Shown: in pieces, positions 1 through 9,000 of the stretch
Numbering within the stretch: position 1 is the first letter of the stretch
Layout: every line of letters starts with the position of its first letter
Assembly (NCBI GenBank): GCA_965220165.1
Contig: CBDCPJ010000051.1
Span: 26,105-90,104, forward strand
DNA: 64,000 bases
Origin: Spirochaetia bacterium
Lineage (GTDB): Bacteria > Spirochaetota > Spirochaetia > G963692905
Reading direction: 5' to 3'
The notes under the pieces: model-generated
Databases searched by the model: none
What the model was told of the DNA's origin: nothing
What the model saw: the letters and a program-made list of their open reading frames with translations, nothing else
Translations under genes and position numbers: made by a program

Positions 1-506
1 TGCCCATCCCCATCATACCCGATGTAGAAAACTTCGCCTTGAATATCGCAATTGGCGTGGAATTGGCATTTTTTGCTCCAGAAGCTACCCTCGCAGTCGA
101 CACGGTGGTAGGCGACGCCGTCGCCAATATCGAAAATTATGGAACAGCCGCCGCCGCGCATTTTTTTGGATTTGCCATCTACGCTATGCCGCTCTATGTT
201 ATCAACGACTGGCTGGCCATCGGCGGCGAGGTTGCGATCGCGATACCGGCGGCGGGCTTTAACCTCTCTGTCGCGCGGCTTCCTATTCGCGCCGCGGTCT
301 CGTTCGATATTGACAATACTATCCAGATTACTCCGCTGATAGGCACTACGTTGCTGATCGACGATCCGCAATTTGATACGACAGCGCTCTTTGACATTAG
401 CGCTCGCTTCGACTTTCTCCGCGCGTTTTCGCTCCGTATAGGATACCTTATAGGCGACGCCAGCGCGCTCATCGCATCGGTGAATATTATGCTGGAGCTA
501 TTTTAG
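1..506 (+). CDS. Hypothetical protein, 5'-partial; possible outer-membrane beta-barrel
   Basis: Frame is open from the window edge (position 3). Alternating hydrophobic pattern and C-terminal Phe (…NIMLELF). Confidence 0.55.
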   Translation, partial: PIPIIPDVENFALNIAIGVELAFFAPEATLAVDTVVGDAVANIENYGTAAAAHFFGFAIYAMPLYVINDWLAIGGEVAIAIPAAGFNLSVARLPIRAAVSFDIDNTIQITPLIGTTLLIDDPQFDTTALFDISARFDFLRAFSLRIGYLIGDASALIASVNIMLELF

Positions 507-662
507 CGAAATATCGACGTTCGCCTATTGCAAACAGCGGCTTTTCAAACTTTATAGCAAATTATATCAAAAATAATGCGATCCTATGGAACCTTATCCA
601 TATGAGATACTACAATAATATATCTTAACGGAAATACGTTTTTAATGGAGGAACTGGTTAGA

Positions 663-1109
663 GTGAGAAAAGTTATTTTTGTAATGTTGATGGTCGCTTT
701 TATTAGCGGCGCGGCGTTCGCTTCGGGAGCGCGCGAACGATGGCACTTTGATAGCTCAAATATGAGCGAAGAGCAAATAAGTCAACTGACGGCTCTCCGC
801 GATCGAGCAGAACTAGAGACCGAGGATTTGCGGGCAGAATTGCGAACGGTACGCACCGAGCTTACCAATCTATACGATAGCAGCAATCGCGACACGTCGG
901 CGATAGAGAATGCGTTGCGTCGAATGAACGACATACGTGTCGATCTGCAACTAATGATGCTATCCTTTCACGACGAAGCCGAAGCCATCGTTGGCGATAC
1001 AATTCCCGGCATGCGCCATTTATTTGGCCACAGCCATTTTGATGACGACTGGGATGACGACTGGGATGACGACTACGGAAAAGGTCGTCGAAAATGGCGT
1101 AATAGATAA
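663..1109 (+). CDS. Secreted Spy/CpxP/ZraP-like coiled-coil protein with Asp/Trp repeat tail, copy 1
   Basis: GGAGG at 647-651 suggests a GTG start at 663. Signal peptide (MRKVIFVMLMVAFISGAAFA), MSEEQ (LTxxQ-like) motif, helical core, DDDW repeats. Confidence 0.7.
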   Translation: MRKVIFVMLMVAFISGAAFASGARERWHFDSSNMSEEQISQLTALRDRAELETEDLRAELRTVRTELTNLYDSSNRDTSAIENALRRMNDIRVDLQLMMLSFHDEAEAIVGDTIPGMRHLFGHSHFDDDWDDDWDDDYGKGRRKWRNR

Positions 1110-1156
1110 TTAGATTGTTTCACGGAAATACGTTTTTAATGGAGGAACTGGTTAGA

Positions 1157-1678
1157 GTGAGAAAAGTTATTTTTGTAATGTTGATGGTCGCTTTTATTAG
1201 CGGCGCGGCGTTCGCTTCAGGACCGCGCGAACGATGGCACTTTGATAGCTCAAATATGAGCGAAGAGCAAATAAGTCAACTGACGGCTCTCCGCGATCGA
1301 GCAGAACTAGAGACCGAGGATTTGCGGGCAGAATTGCGAACGGTACGCACCGAGCTTACCAATCTATACGATAGCAGCAATCGCGACACGTCGGCGATAG
1401 AGAATGCGTTGCTTCGAATGAACGACATACGTGTCGATCTGCAACTAATGATGCTATCCTTTCACGACGAAGCCGAAGCCATCGTTGGCGATACAATTCC
1501 CGGCATGCGCCATTTATTTGGCCACAGCCATTTTGATGACGACTGGGATGATGACGACTGGGATGACGACTGGGATGACGACTACGGAAAAGGTCGTCGA
1601 AAATGGCGTAATGATGACGACTGGGATGACGACTGGGATGACGACTGGGATGACTACGGAAGAGGTCGTCGAAAATGA
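1157..1678 (+). CDS. Secreted Spy/CpxP/ZraP-like protein, copy 2 with expanded DDDW repeats
   Basis: Near-identical to copy 1 (A>P and R>L substitutions seen). Longer repeat tail; stop at 1678. Confidence 0.7.
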   Translation: MRKVIFVMLMVAFISGAAFASGPRERWHFDSSNMSEEQISQLTALRDRAELETEDLRAELRTVRTELTNLYDSSNRDTSAIENALLRMNDIRVDLQLMMLSFHDEAEAIVGDTIPGMRHLFGHSHFDDDWDDDDWDDDWDDDYGKGRRKWRNDDDWDDDWDDDWDDYGRGRRK

Positions 1679-1791
1679 CGACTGGGATGACGACTGGGAT
1701 GACGACTGGGATGACGACTACGGAAAAGGTCGTCGAAAATGGCGTAATAGATAATTAGATTGTTTCATTGATTGCCTCCTTTTTTATTTTA

Positions 1792-1824
1792 CTCCCTTGC
1801 CGGACAGCAAGGGGGTTTTTTTTT
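1792..1824 (+). terminator. Intrinsic terminator
   Basis: CTCCCTTGC-cggaca-GCAAGGGGG followed by T9. Confidence 0.85.
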
Positions 1825-1890
1825 GCGTTTGACCCGTAGATCAATAGTCTTTCGTTGTATCAACTGCGAAAATATGATACCTTCCGCGCT

Positions 1891-4707
1891 ATGGGTCGAC
1901 TACATTCAATACAATTACCGTCAAGCTATGATCATCAGCAGTTTGAGGATCGAATCTATGCGGAGTGGAAGCAAAAAGGACTGTTCCGCCCTACAAAATC
2001 ATCCGACCCAAAACAGCGTCCGCCATTTACTATTGTGATTCCTCCGCCAAATGTAACCGGCGTGTTGCATATGGGGCATGGATTGAATAATACTCTACAA
2101 GATATCCTTATTCGCTATCGCCGCATGCTGGGCCATCCAACGCTATGGGTTCCCGGAACCGATCATGCCGGCATCGCGACGCAAAATGTCGTAGAGAAAC
2201 AGTTGCGTAGTCAAGGAACGACGCGGCGCGAGATTGGACGCGAGCGTTTTTTAGAGAAGGCGTGGGAAATAAAGCGAAATCATCACGAGATTATCACTCG
2301 CCAACTGGAAAAACTCGGCGCTTCATGCGATTGGAGCCGAGAACGTTTTACTATGGACGAGAATCTATCGCTCGCTGTACGAGAGGTGTTTGCTCGCCTC
2401 TACAAAGATGGCCTTATCTATCGCGGAAAATATCTTGTAAATTGGTGTAGCGGGTGCGCAACGGCGGTATCCGACGAAGAGGTTGAACATAGCCAAGTCA
2501 AAGGTTTTCTCTATCGCTATCGCTACCCGCTCGAGGGGGGGGAAGCAATAGAGATCGCCACCACTCGACCAGAAACAATGTTCGGCGATACGGCTGTCGC
2601 GGTGCATCCCGACGACGAACGCTATAGCCACCTTATCGGACATATGACGTTGCTTCCGTTGACAGAGAGAAAAATACCGATTATTGGCGACCGCTTTGTG
2701 AATCGGGAATTTGGATCGGGAGCGGTCAAAGTAACTCCCGCGCATGATCCAAACGACAGAGATATAGGAGCTCGGCACAATCTACCGTCGATCAATATCC
2801 TGAATAACGACGGAACGCTCAACAGCCAGACGCCGGAGCGCTATCGGGGAATGTCGATCGCGGACGCGCGCAAACTGGTTATAGCCGATCTAAAAGAGGC
2901 GGGACTCTATCTTGGCGAAAATCGCCATACTCATCAGGTGGGACATTGCTATCGCTGCCGCTCGGTTATTCAACCGTTGCTCTCGGACCAATGGTTTGTC
3001 CGCATGCGCCCGCTGGCAGAGCAGGCGCTCGACCTTTGGAAGAGCGGCGCGGTGCGTTTTTATCCCCGCCATTGGGAAAAAACCTACCGAGAATGGCTGG
3101 GCAACATTCGCGATTGGTGCATTTCAAGACAGTTGTGGTGGGGACATCGCATTCCGGTATGGTACGACGACGACACCGGCGAAATGATTGTATCGCGCGA
3201 CGATCCAACGCAATTGGAGCGATATCGCGGAAAAAATTTGCGCCAAGACCCCGATGTGCTGGACACATGGTTTTCATCGTGGCTCTGGCCATTTTCTACG
3301 CTTGGATGGCCCGACACAAAAAGCGACGATCTACACCGATTCTTCCCAACCACCGCGCTGGTTACCGGCTATGACATTATCTTTTTTTGGGTCGCAAGAA
3401 TGATTATGTCGTCGGGATACCTCTTTGGCAAGGAGCCATTTCGAGATGTCTATCTTACGGGGTTGCTCCGCGACAAAACCGGCAGAAAATTCAGCAAATC
3501 GCTTGGCAACGGAATCGATCCACTTGATGTGGTCGCGCGTTTTGGGGCCGACGCGCTCAAATTTTCGCTGGCATATATCACGTCGTCAAGCCGAGATATT
3601 AAGCTGGATATAGAGGATTTCAACCTTGGATCACGGTTTGTCAATAAGCTATGGAACGCGGCGCGTCTTATATTCTCGCAATTAGACGGCGCGACGATTA
3701 TCGATCGCGACAGTCTTCTCTCAGCAATTGGCGATGATCCAACTTCGTATGAGGGATGGATTTGGATGAGGTTGCACCGGACGATTGAAACGACGCGAAT
3801 AGCTATGGATGGGTATCGTTTTGACGATGCCTGCCACGCAATCTACGAATTTTTCTGGAGCGACTTTTGCGACTGGTACCTCGAAATAACAAAAATAGGC
3901 CTCGCCGATAGACGCGATTGGATTTGTTCCAATCTTGTCTACCTGTTGGACGAGATATTGCGTCTATTGCATCCTTTTCTTTCGTTTGTAACCGAGGAAT
4001 TATATCGATATCTCCATGAAGCGGCTCCCGATATCGCCTTTCCGCTGATCGACGGCTATCGCGACGACGCGCGCAGCATTATGATATGTCGCTACCCATC
4101 CGTTCAACCCCGACTGGTGAACGATTCGTCGGACGCCCTCTATCATTTTTTTCACTCCATCATCGTCGCGACTCGGACGATCCGCAGCCAATTCGAAATA
4201 GCCAGAAACACTCGCCTCGAATGGATCGTCGCGATCTCTTCCAATGATGCGTCGACTCCGAATATTGAAGCGATACCCAATTACCAAAAGATTTTCTCGG
4301 CGTTGACACGTTGCTATCGGGTCGTGTTTGAACGCTCCTCGCCGGAACATATGAGTCGTCCGACAAAAAAGGAGCGCGAAGAGCTCCTGAACGAAATATT
4401 GTCGCGGCATGGGATTCCATTTGATGTCGCCGCCAACAATCGCCGTGTCATTGGGCGAGGAGGACAGGGCTATATGTTATTTCTATCGTTGCCGGCGGAA
4501 TGCGACGCGGCTCGCCATCTTCCCAATTTTCGTAAAGAACAGGCGCGTTTGAACGCGTTGCGGACGCGTTGCGCGAATAAAGTGGAAAATAAACGATTTA
4601 TCGAGCGGGCGCCCGAGGATGTGCAAAGGCAAGAGCGCGAAAAATTGGAGGAGTTTGATCGACAGATCGCTATAGTAGAACGCTATATTGAGGATCTATC
4701 GCGTTGA
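1891..4707 (+). CDS. valS: Valyl-tRNA synthetase
   Basis: PPPNVTGVLHMGH, GTDHAGIATQ, DWCISRQLWWGHRIP, DVLDTWFSS, KFSKS, C-terminal coiled coil. Start taken at ATG 1891. Confidence 0.97.
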   Translation: MGRLHSIQLPSSYDHQQFEDRIYAEWKQKGLFRPTKSSDPKQRPPFTIVIPPPNVTGVLHMGHGLNNTLQDILIRYRRMLGHPTLWVPGTDHAGIATQNVVEKQLRSQGTTRREIGRERFLEKAWEIKRNHHEIITRQLEKLGASCDWSRERFTMDENLSLAVREVFARLYKDGLIYRGKYLVNWCSGCATAVSDEEVEHSQVKGFLYRYRYPLEGGEAIEIATTRPETMFGDTAVAVHPDDERYSHLIGHMTLLPLTERKIPIIGDRFVNREFGSGAVKVTPAHDPNDRDIGARHNLPSINILNNDGTLNSQTPERYRGMSIADARKLVIADLKEAGLYLGENRHTHQVGHCYRCRSVIQPLLSDQWFVRMRPLAEQALDLWKSGAVRFYPRHWEKTYREWLGNIRDWCISRQLWWGHRIPVWYDDDTGEMIVSRDDPTQLERYRGKNLRQDPDVLDTWFSSWLWPFSTLGWPDTKSDDLHRFFPTTALVTGYDIIFFWVARMIMSSGYLFGKEPFRDVYLTGLLRDKTGRKFSKSLGNGIDPLDVVARFGADALKFSLAYITSSSRDIKLDIEDFNLGSRFVNKLWNAARLIFSQLDGATIIDRDSLLSAIGDDPTSYEGWIWMRLHRTIETTRIAMDGYRFDDACHAIYEFFWSDFCDWYLEITKIGLADRRDWICSNLVYLLDEILRLLHPFLSFVTEELYRYLHEAAPDIAFPLIDGYRDDARSIMICRYPSVQPRLVNDSSDALYHFFHSIIVATRTIRSQFEIARNTRLEWIVAISSNDASTPNIEAIPNYQKIFSALTRCYRVVFERSSPEHMSRPTKKEREELLNEILSRHGIPFDVAANNRRVIGRGGQGYMLFLSLPAECDAARHLPNFRKEQARLNALRTRCANKVENKRFIERAPEDVQRQEREKLEEFDRQIAIVERYIEDLSR

Positions 4708-5657
4708 AAATAACTATTTTAGACGGATATACCGTAAATCCCGGCGATATATCGTGGCAACCGTTTGCCGATATTGGCGATCTTACGATCTACGATTATA
4801 CTGAACCCGACAAAATCGCCGAACGTATCGGCGACCAAGAGATAGTGGCGCTCAATAAAATTCGTTTGGGTCGCGATCAACTCAATTACGCGCCTCGGTT
4901 GCGTTATGTGGGATTGTTAAGCACGGGAACCGACATTATCGATCTTAATGAGACTCGCCGTCGGAAAATTGTGGTTGCCAACGTGCCAGCCTATAGCACG
5001 ACGGCGACCGCGGAAATGACTTTTGCCCTGATACTTGAGCTTATGAGGCGGGCGGGCGATCACAATAGACTGACGCATGATGGGCAATGGTCGGCGCGGA
5101 AAAACTTCTGCTTTTGGGAATATCCTCAAATAGAGCTTGAGAGAAAAACAATCGGCATCATAGGATTTGGCAATATCGGGCGTCGCGTCGCGCAAATCGC
5201 CGACGGGTTCGGCATGCGTGTTATCGCGCATACTCCTCGTCCCACTGAACCTCCTCGTTGCAAATCTTTTCGGTGGGCCGATTTAGAGAGTCTGTTGGCC
5301 CAGTCCGATATTGTGTCGCTCCATTGCCCTATGAAGGCGGAGACGACAAAGCTCATTAACCGCGAGCGGCTCCGCTCTATGCGCGATGGCGCCTATCTTA
5401 TCAATGTGGCGCGCGGCGGACTCGTCGACCAAGAGGCGCTTGCCGAGTCGCTACGCTCGGAGAAAATAGCCGGAGCGGCGCTGGATACGCTCTACCCCGA
5501 ACCTCCAAGCAAAAACAACCCGTTGTTCGGAATAGATAGATGCATTATTACGCCGCATATCGCGTGGGCGTCGAAGACGGCGCGGCAACGACTGATAGAT
5601 ATCGCCGCCGATAACATGCGATCATTTCTCGCGGGAAAGAGCCAAAACGTAGTATAG
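4704..5657 (+). CDS. D-2-hydroxyacid dehydrogenase (glycerate dehydrogenase/hydroxypyruvate reductase-like)
   Basis: LDGYTVNPGD N-terminus, GIIGFGNIG, INVARGGLVD, TPHIAWA. Confidence 0.9.
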   Translation: MKITILDGYTVNPGDISWQPFADIGDLTIYDYTEPDKIAERIGDQEIVALNKIRLGRDQLNYAPRLRYVGLLSTGTDIIDLNETRRRKIVVANVPAYSTTATAEMTFALILELMRRAGDHNRLTHDGQWSARKNFCFWEYPQIELERKTIGIIGFGNIGRRVAQIADGFGMRVIAHTPRPTEPPRCKSFRWADLESLLAQSDIVSLHCPMKAETTKLINRERLRSMRDGAYLINVARGGLVDQEALAESLRSEKIAGAALDTLYPEPPSKNNPLFGIDRCIITPHIAWASKTARQRLIDIAADNMRSFLAGKSQNVV

Positions 5658-5722
5658 ATTCCGCTGTAGCGACGGTGGTGGCGCTCGGTATGGCGTCCGC
5701 GAAGCGATGGGTTGTTGCCGTT

Positions 5723-5932
5723 GGGCGTTGCGGGCCTTTTGCGGGGGCTTTTTGTGATGGGAGGCGGCGCCCGCTGAGGGGGGAAGCGGTAGACTGCGAG
5801 CTCGCGCGACAGGCGGAGCGGGAGCGGAGCCTGGCTCCTCCGCTTTTTGCGGAGGAGAGCCCGAGCGGCGCCCGAGACGCGCAAGCGGCTCGGGCGCGCA
5901 GGCTATAGCGAGGGGGGAGACTTCCCCCTCCC
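5723..5932 (-). repeat. GC-rich dispersed intergenic repeat, family A (inverted copy)
   Basis: Reverse complements of GGCCCGCAACGCCC, CCCCCCTCAGCGGGCGCCGCC and GGGAGGGGGAAGTCTCCCCCC, shared with 23082-23235. Confidence 0.75.
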
Positions 5933-6097
5933 CTTGTTCATGCCAATATTGTACCGCGATGTAGATAATATGAAAAATATATACATTTATGTTACAAATA
6001 TTTTTCGATATATTATAGCATATGCTTATGATGGGTAATTATTATTTCTCGTCGGCGGGGCTTCATTGTTGGCGCGTTATGTGCTATATAAACACCC

Positions 6098-9000
6098 ATG
6101 GAGCATAGACCGTCGATGATTGAAGATCGCAATACTATGATCAGACGCCCCGAACGGCAAGGGCTGTACGATCCCGCATTCGAGCGCGACTCGTGCGGTG
6201 TTGGATTTGTCGCGCAGATTCACGGAAAGCAGAGCCATACAATCATAAGGCACGCGCGGGATATGTTGGTCAATATGACGCATCGCGGCGCGGTTGGAAG
6301 CGAACGCGAGAGCGGAGACGGCGCCGGGATTTTAACCGCGTTGCCCGACCGCCTGTTGCGAAGGGAGCTGTCGCGCGAAGGGAAAACGTTGCCCGAAAAG
6401 GGGCGCTATGGGGCGGGAATCGTGTTTTTGCCTTCCCATAAGGCTTCGCGCGACTCATGCATAGCGAGAATCGCCGAAATCACGCGCGAAGAGGGGCAGA
6501 CGATGATCGCGGCGCGTCGCATCCCTCGCGATAACAGCATGCTGGGGGCGACCTCCGGAGGATGCGAACCAGAAATGCGGCAAGTGGTGATCGCCTCGAG
6601 CGAGGGGAGCAAACAGGGGCAATTTGAACGGGCGCTCTATATCATCCGCAAGCGGGCAACCAACGAATTGAGGGGTGGGGGGCTTGATCCAAACACATGG
6701 TTTTATATTTGCTCGCTCTCTAGCACAATCATTGTCTACAAAGGGATGTTGACGCCCGATCAGCTGTTTCGTTATTTTCTCGATCTTCAAGACGCAGATT
6801 ATGAAAGCCATCTTGCTATGGCGCATTCTCGATTTTCAACCAATACGTTTCCCAGCTGGGATCGCGCGCAACCGTTGCGCTATATGTCCCACAATGGCGA
6901 AATCAACACATTGCGCGGCAATGTCAATAAAATGCGAGCGCGAAGGGGCACATTAGCCAGCAAAGCCTTCGGCAATTCGTTGCGCGATCTTCTGCCGATT
7001 ATCGAGCCCGACTGCTCAGATTCCGGAGCGTTTGACAATGTTATGGAATTGCTGCTGCTTACCGGGCGGTCGTTGCCCGAGGCGGCTATGATGATGGTTC
7101 CGGAGGCATGGCAGAATCGAGACGATATGGATCCAGAGATACGGGCGGCCTATGAGTATATGAGCTGTATGATGGAGCCGTGGGATGGGCCGGCCTCTAT
7201 TTCGTTTACCGACGGGCGATTGATCGGCGCGTTGCTGGATCGCAATGGGCTGCGTCCAAGCCGATACTACCTTACGGAGGATGGGTTGGTGGTTATGGCG
7301 AGCGAGGTGGGCGTGCTGGATATTCCGCCGGAGAAGATCGTCCAAAAGGGGCGGTTGCAGCCGGGTCGCATGTTTTTAGTGGATTTTGAACGAGGGGCGA
7401 TTATCGCCGATGATGATCTAAAAAGGAGCATCGCGAGCTTGTACCCGTTCGCCGATTGGTTGCGCGAGAATAAATTGACGCTGGACGAGATCGTTGAGCA
7501 TTGTAAGACGGGGAGCGGTCGGGGCGGGTCGCGAGGCGGCGATAATGCGCGCGGCGGTATCGGCGGTGGATTTTCGGATCGGCGAGAATTGCTCGCGGCG
7601 TTCCGTATGTTTAACTATACGGTTGAGCATTTTAACCTGATATTGCAGCCTATGTGCGCCAATAGCAAGGAGCCTATCGGTTCGATGGGGAACGACGCGC
7701 CGCTCGCGTTTCTTTCCGACTTGCCTCGCCTGCTCTACGACTATTTTAAGCAACTTTTTGCCCAAGTAACCAACCCTCCTATCGATTCGATACGAGAGAA
7801 GTCGATTATGAGCCTATCGGCCTATATCGGGCCGGAGCGCAACCTTCTTGCTACCACGCCCGAGCACTGCCATCGCATTTTTCTGGAGCATCCCCTTATT
7901 TTGCAGAGCGAGTTCGAGGCGCTTCGCAACCTTGACTATCGGGGATTTCGCTCAATCGTTATCGACTGCGTCTACCCCGTAAATGGAGGCGATGGTTCGC
8001 TGGCCGCCGCGTTAGATCGTATCAACAGCGAGGTGGAACAGGCTATCGCCGATGGATACTCGATCGCTATTCTTTCGGATCGAGGCGCGAATAGCGATAT
8101 GGCGCCGGTGGATGCGTTATTGGCGATGGGATCGACGCATCATCACCTTATTCGCCAGGCCAAGCGCACCCAGATCGCGTTGCTGGCGGATTCTGGCGAG
8201 CCGCGCGAGGTGCATCATTTTTGCGCGCTTATCGGCTATGGCGCCGACGCCATCCATCCCTATCTGGCGCTGGAGGCGATCGCGTCGCTCTACAATGACG
8301 GCTTAATTCCGGAGGTCGACTCGCTTACGCAGGCGTATGCCAACTATAAGGAGGCGCTGGCCTACGGAATGCGCAAGGTATTCGGAAAAATGGGGATATC
8401 GACATTAGAGAGTTATAAAGGGGCGCAAATTTTTGAAATCGTCGGCATCGGCAGGGATGTTGTGGATCGGTGTTTCGCCGGGACCGCTAGCAGAATAGGC
8501 GGGATTAGCCTGGCCGATATAGAACGGGATAATTTGTCGCGACATCGAGCGGGATATCCCAAAAGAGCCGCTTCGGTTGGCAGTCCGCTGGCAAATCCGG
8601 GCGATTATCAGTGGCGAATCGGCGGAGAGCGCCACATGTGGAATCCCGATTCGCTTGCCTCGCTCCAGATTGCGACGCGTCAAAACGATAGGAGCGCCTT
8701 TCGTCGATTTACCGATATGCAGAACGAGCGATCCAAAAAACAGGCGACTATTCGAGGATTGCTCGCGTTCAAACCGACTACGGCCATACCGATAGACGAT
8801 GTAGAGCCTGTGGAAAATATTATGCGGCGCTTTGTTACCGGGGCGATGAGCTTTGGCTCGATCTCGCAGGAGGCGCATGAGACGTTGGCTATCGCGATGA
8901 ACCGTATCGGCGGGCGTTCCAATACCGGCGAGGGGGGCGAGATGTCGGAGCGCTATAGGCCGTTGCCCAACGGCGATTCGAAGCGTTCCAGCATTAAGCA

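Larger units (their letters stand above)
628..1767 (+). repeat. Tandem duplication (unit 1 628-1121, unit 2 1122-1767) containing 12-bp GATGACGACTGG arrays
   Basis: ACGGAAATACGTTTTTAATGGAGG starts at both 628 and 1122. Both units end …AATAGATAATTAGATTGTTTC. Confidence 0.95.

Noticed and set aside
1041-1750. Short direct-repeat array as a possible CRISPR
   Set aside because: 12-bp tandem coding units without unique spacers; no cas genes in the window.
1485-1754. 89-aa MTTG-repeat ORF
   Set aside because: Alternative frame of the DDDW repeat with no RBS; only its last part is the out-of-frame third module.
1830-1890. T-box leader upstream of valS
   Set aside because: Only ~65 bp after the upstream terminator and no T-box consensus seen.
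3484-3510. ValS KFSKS instead of KMSKS
   Set aside because: Single substitution seen in other class I synthetases; all other motifs are intact.
5492-6038. Small ORFs in GC-rich spacers (also 23034-23412, 34635-34914, 41686-42030, 58193-58444)
   Set aside because: They overlap the dispersed repeats, have Arg/Pro/Gly-biased composition and show no recognisable motifs.
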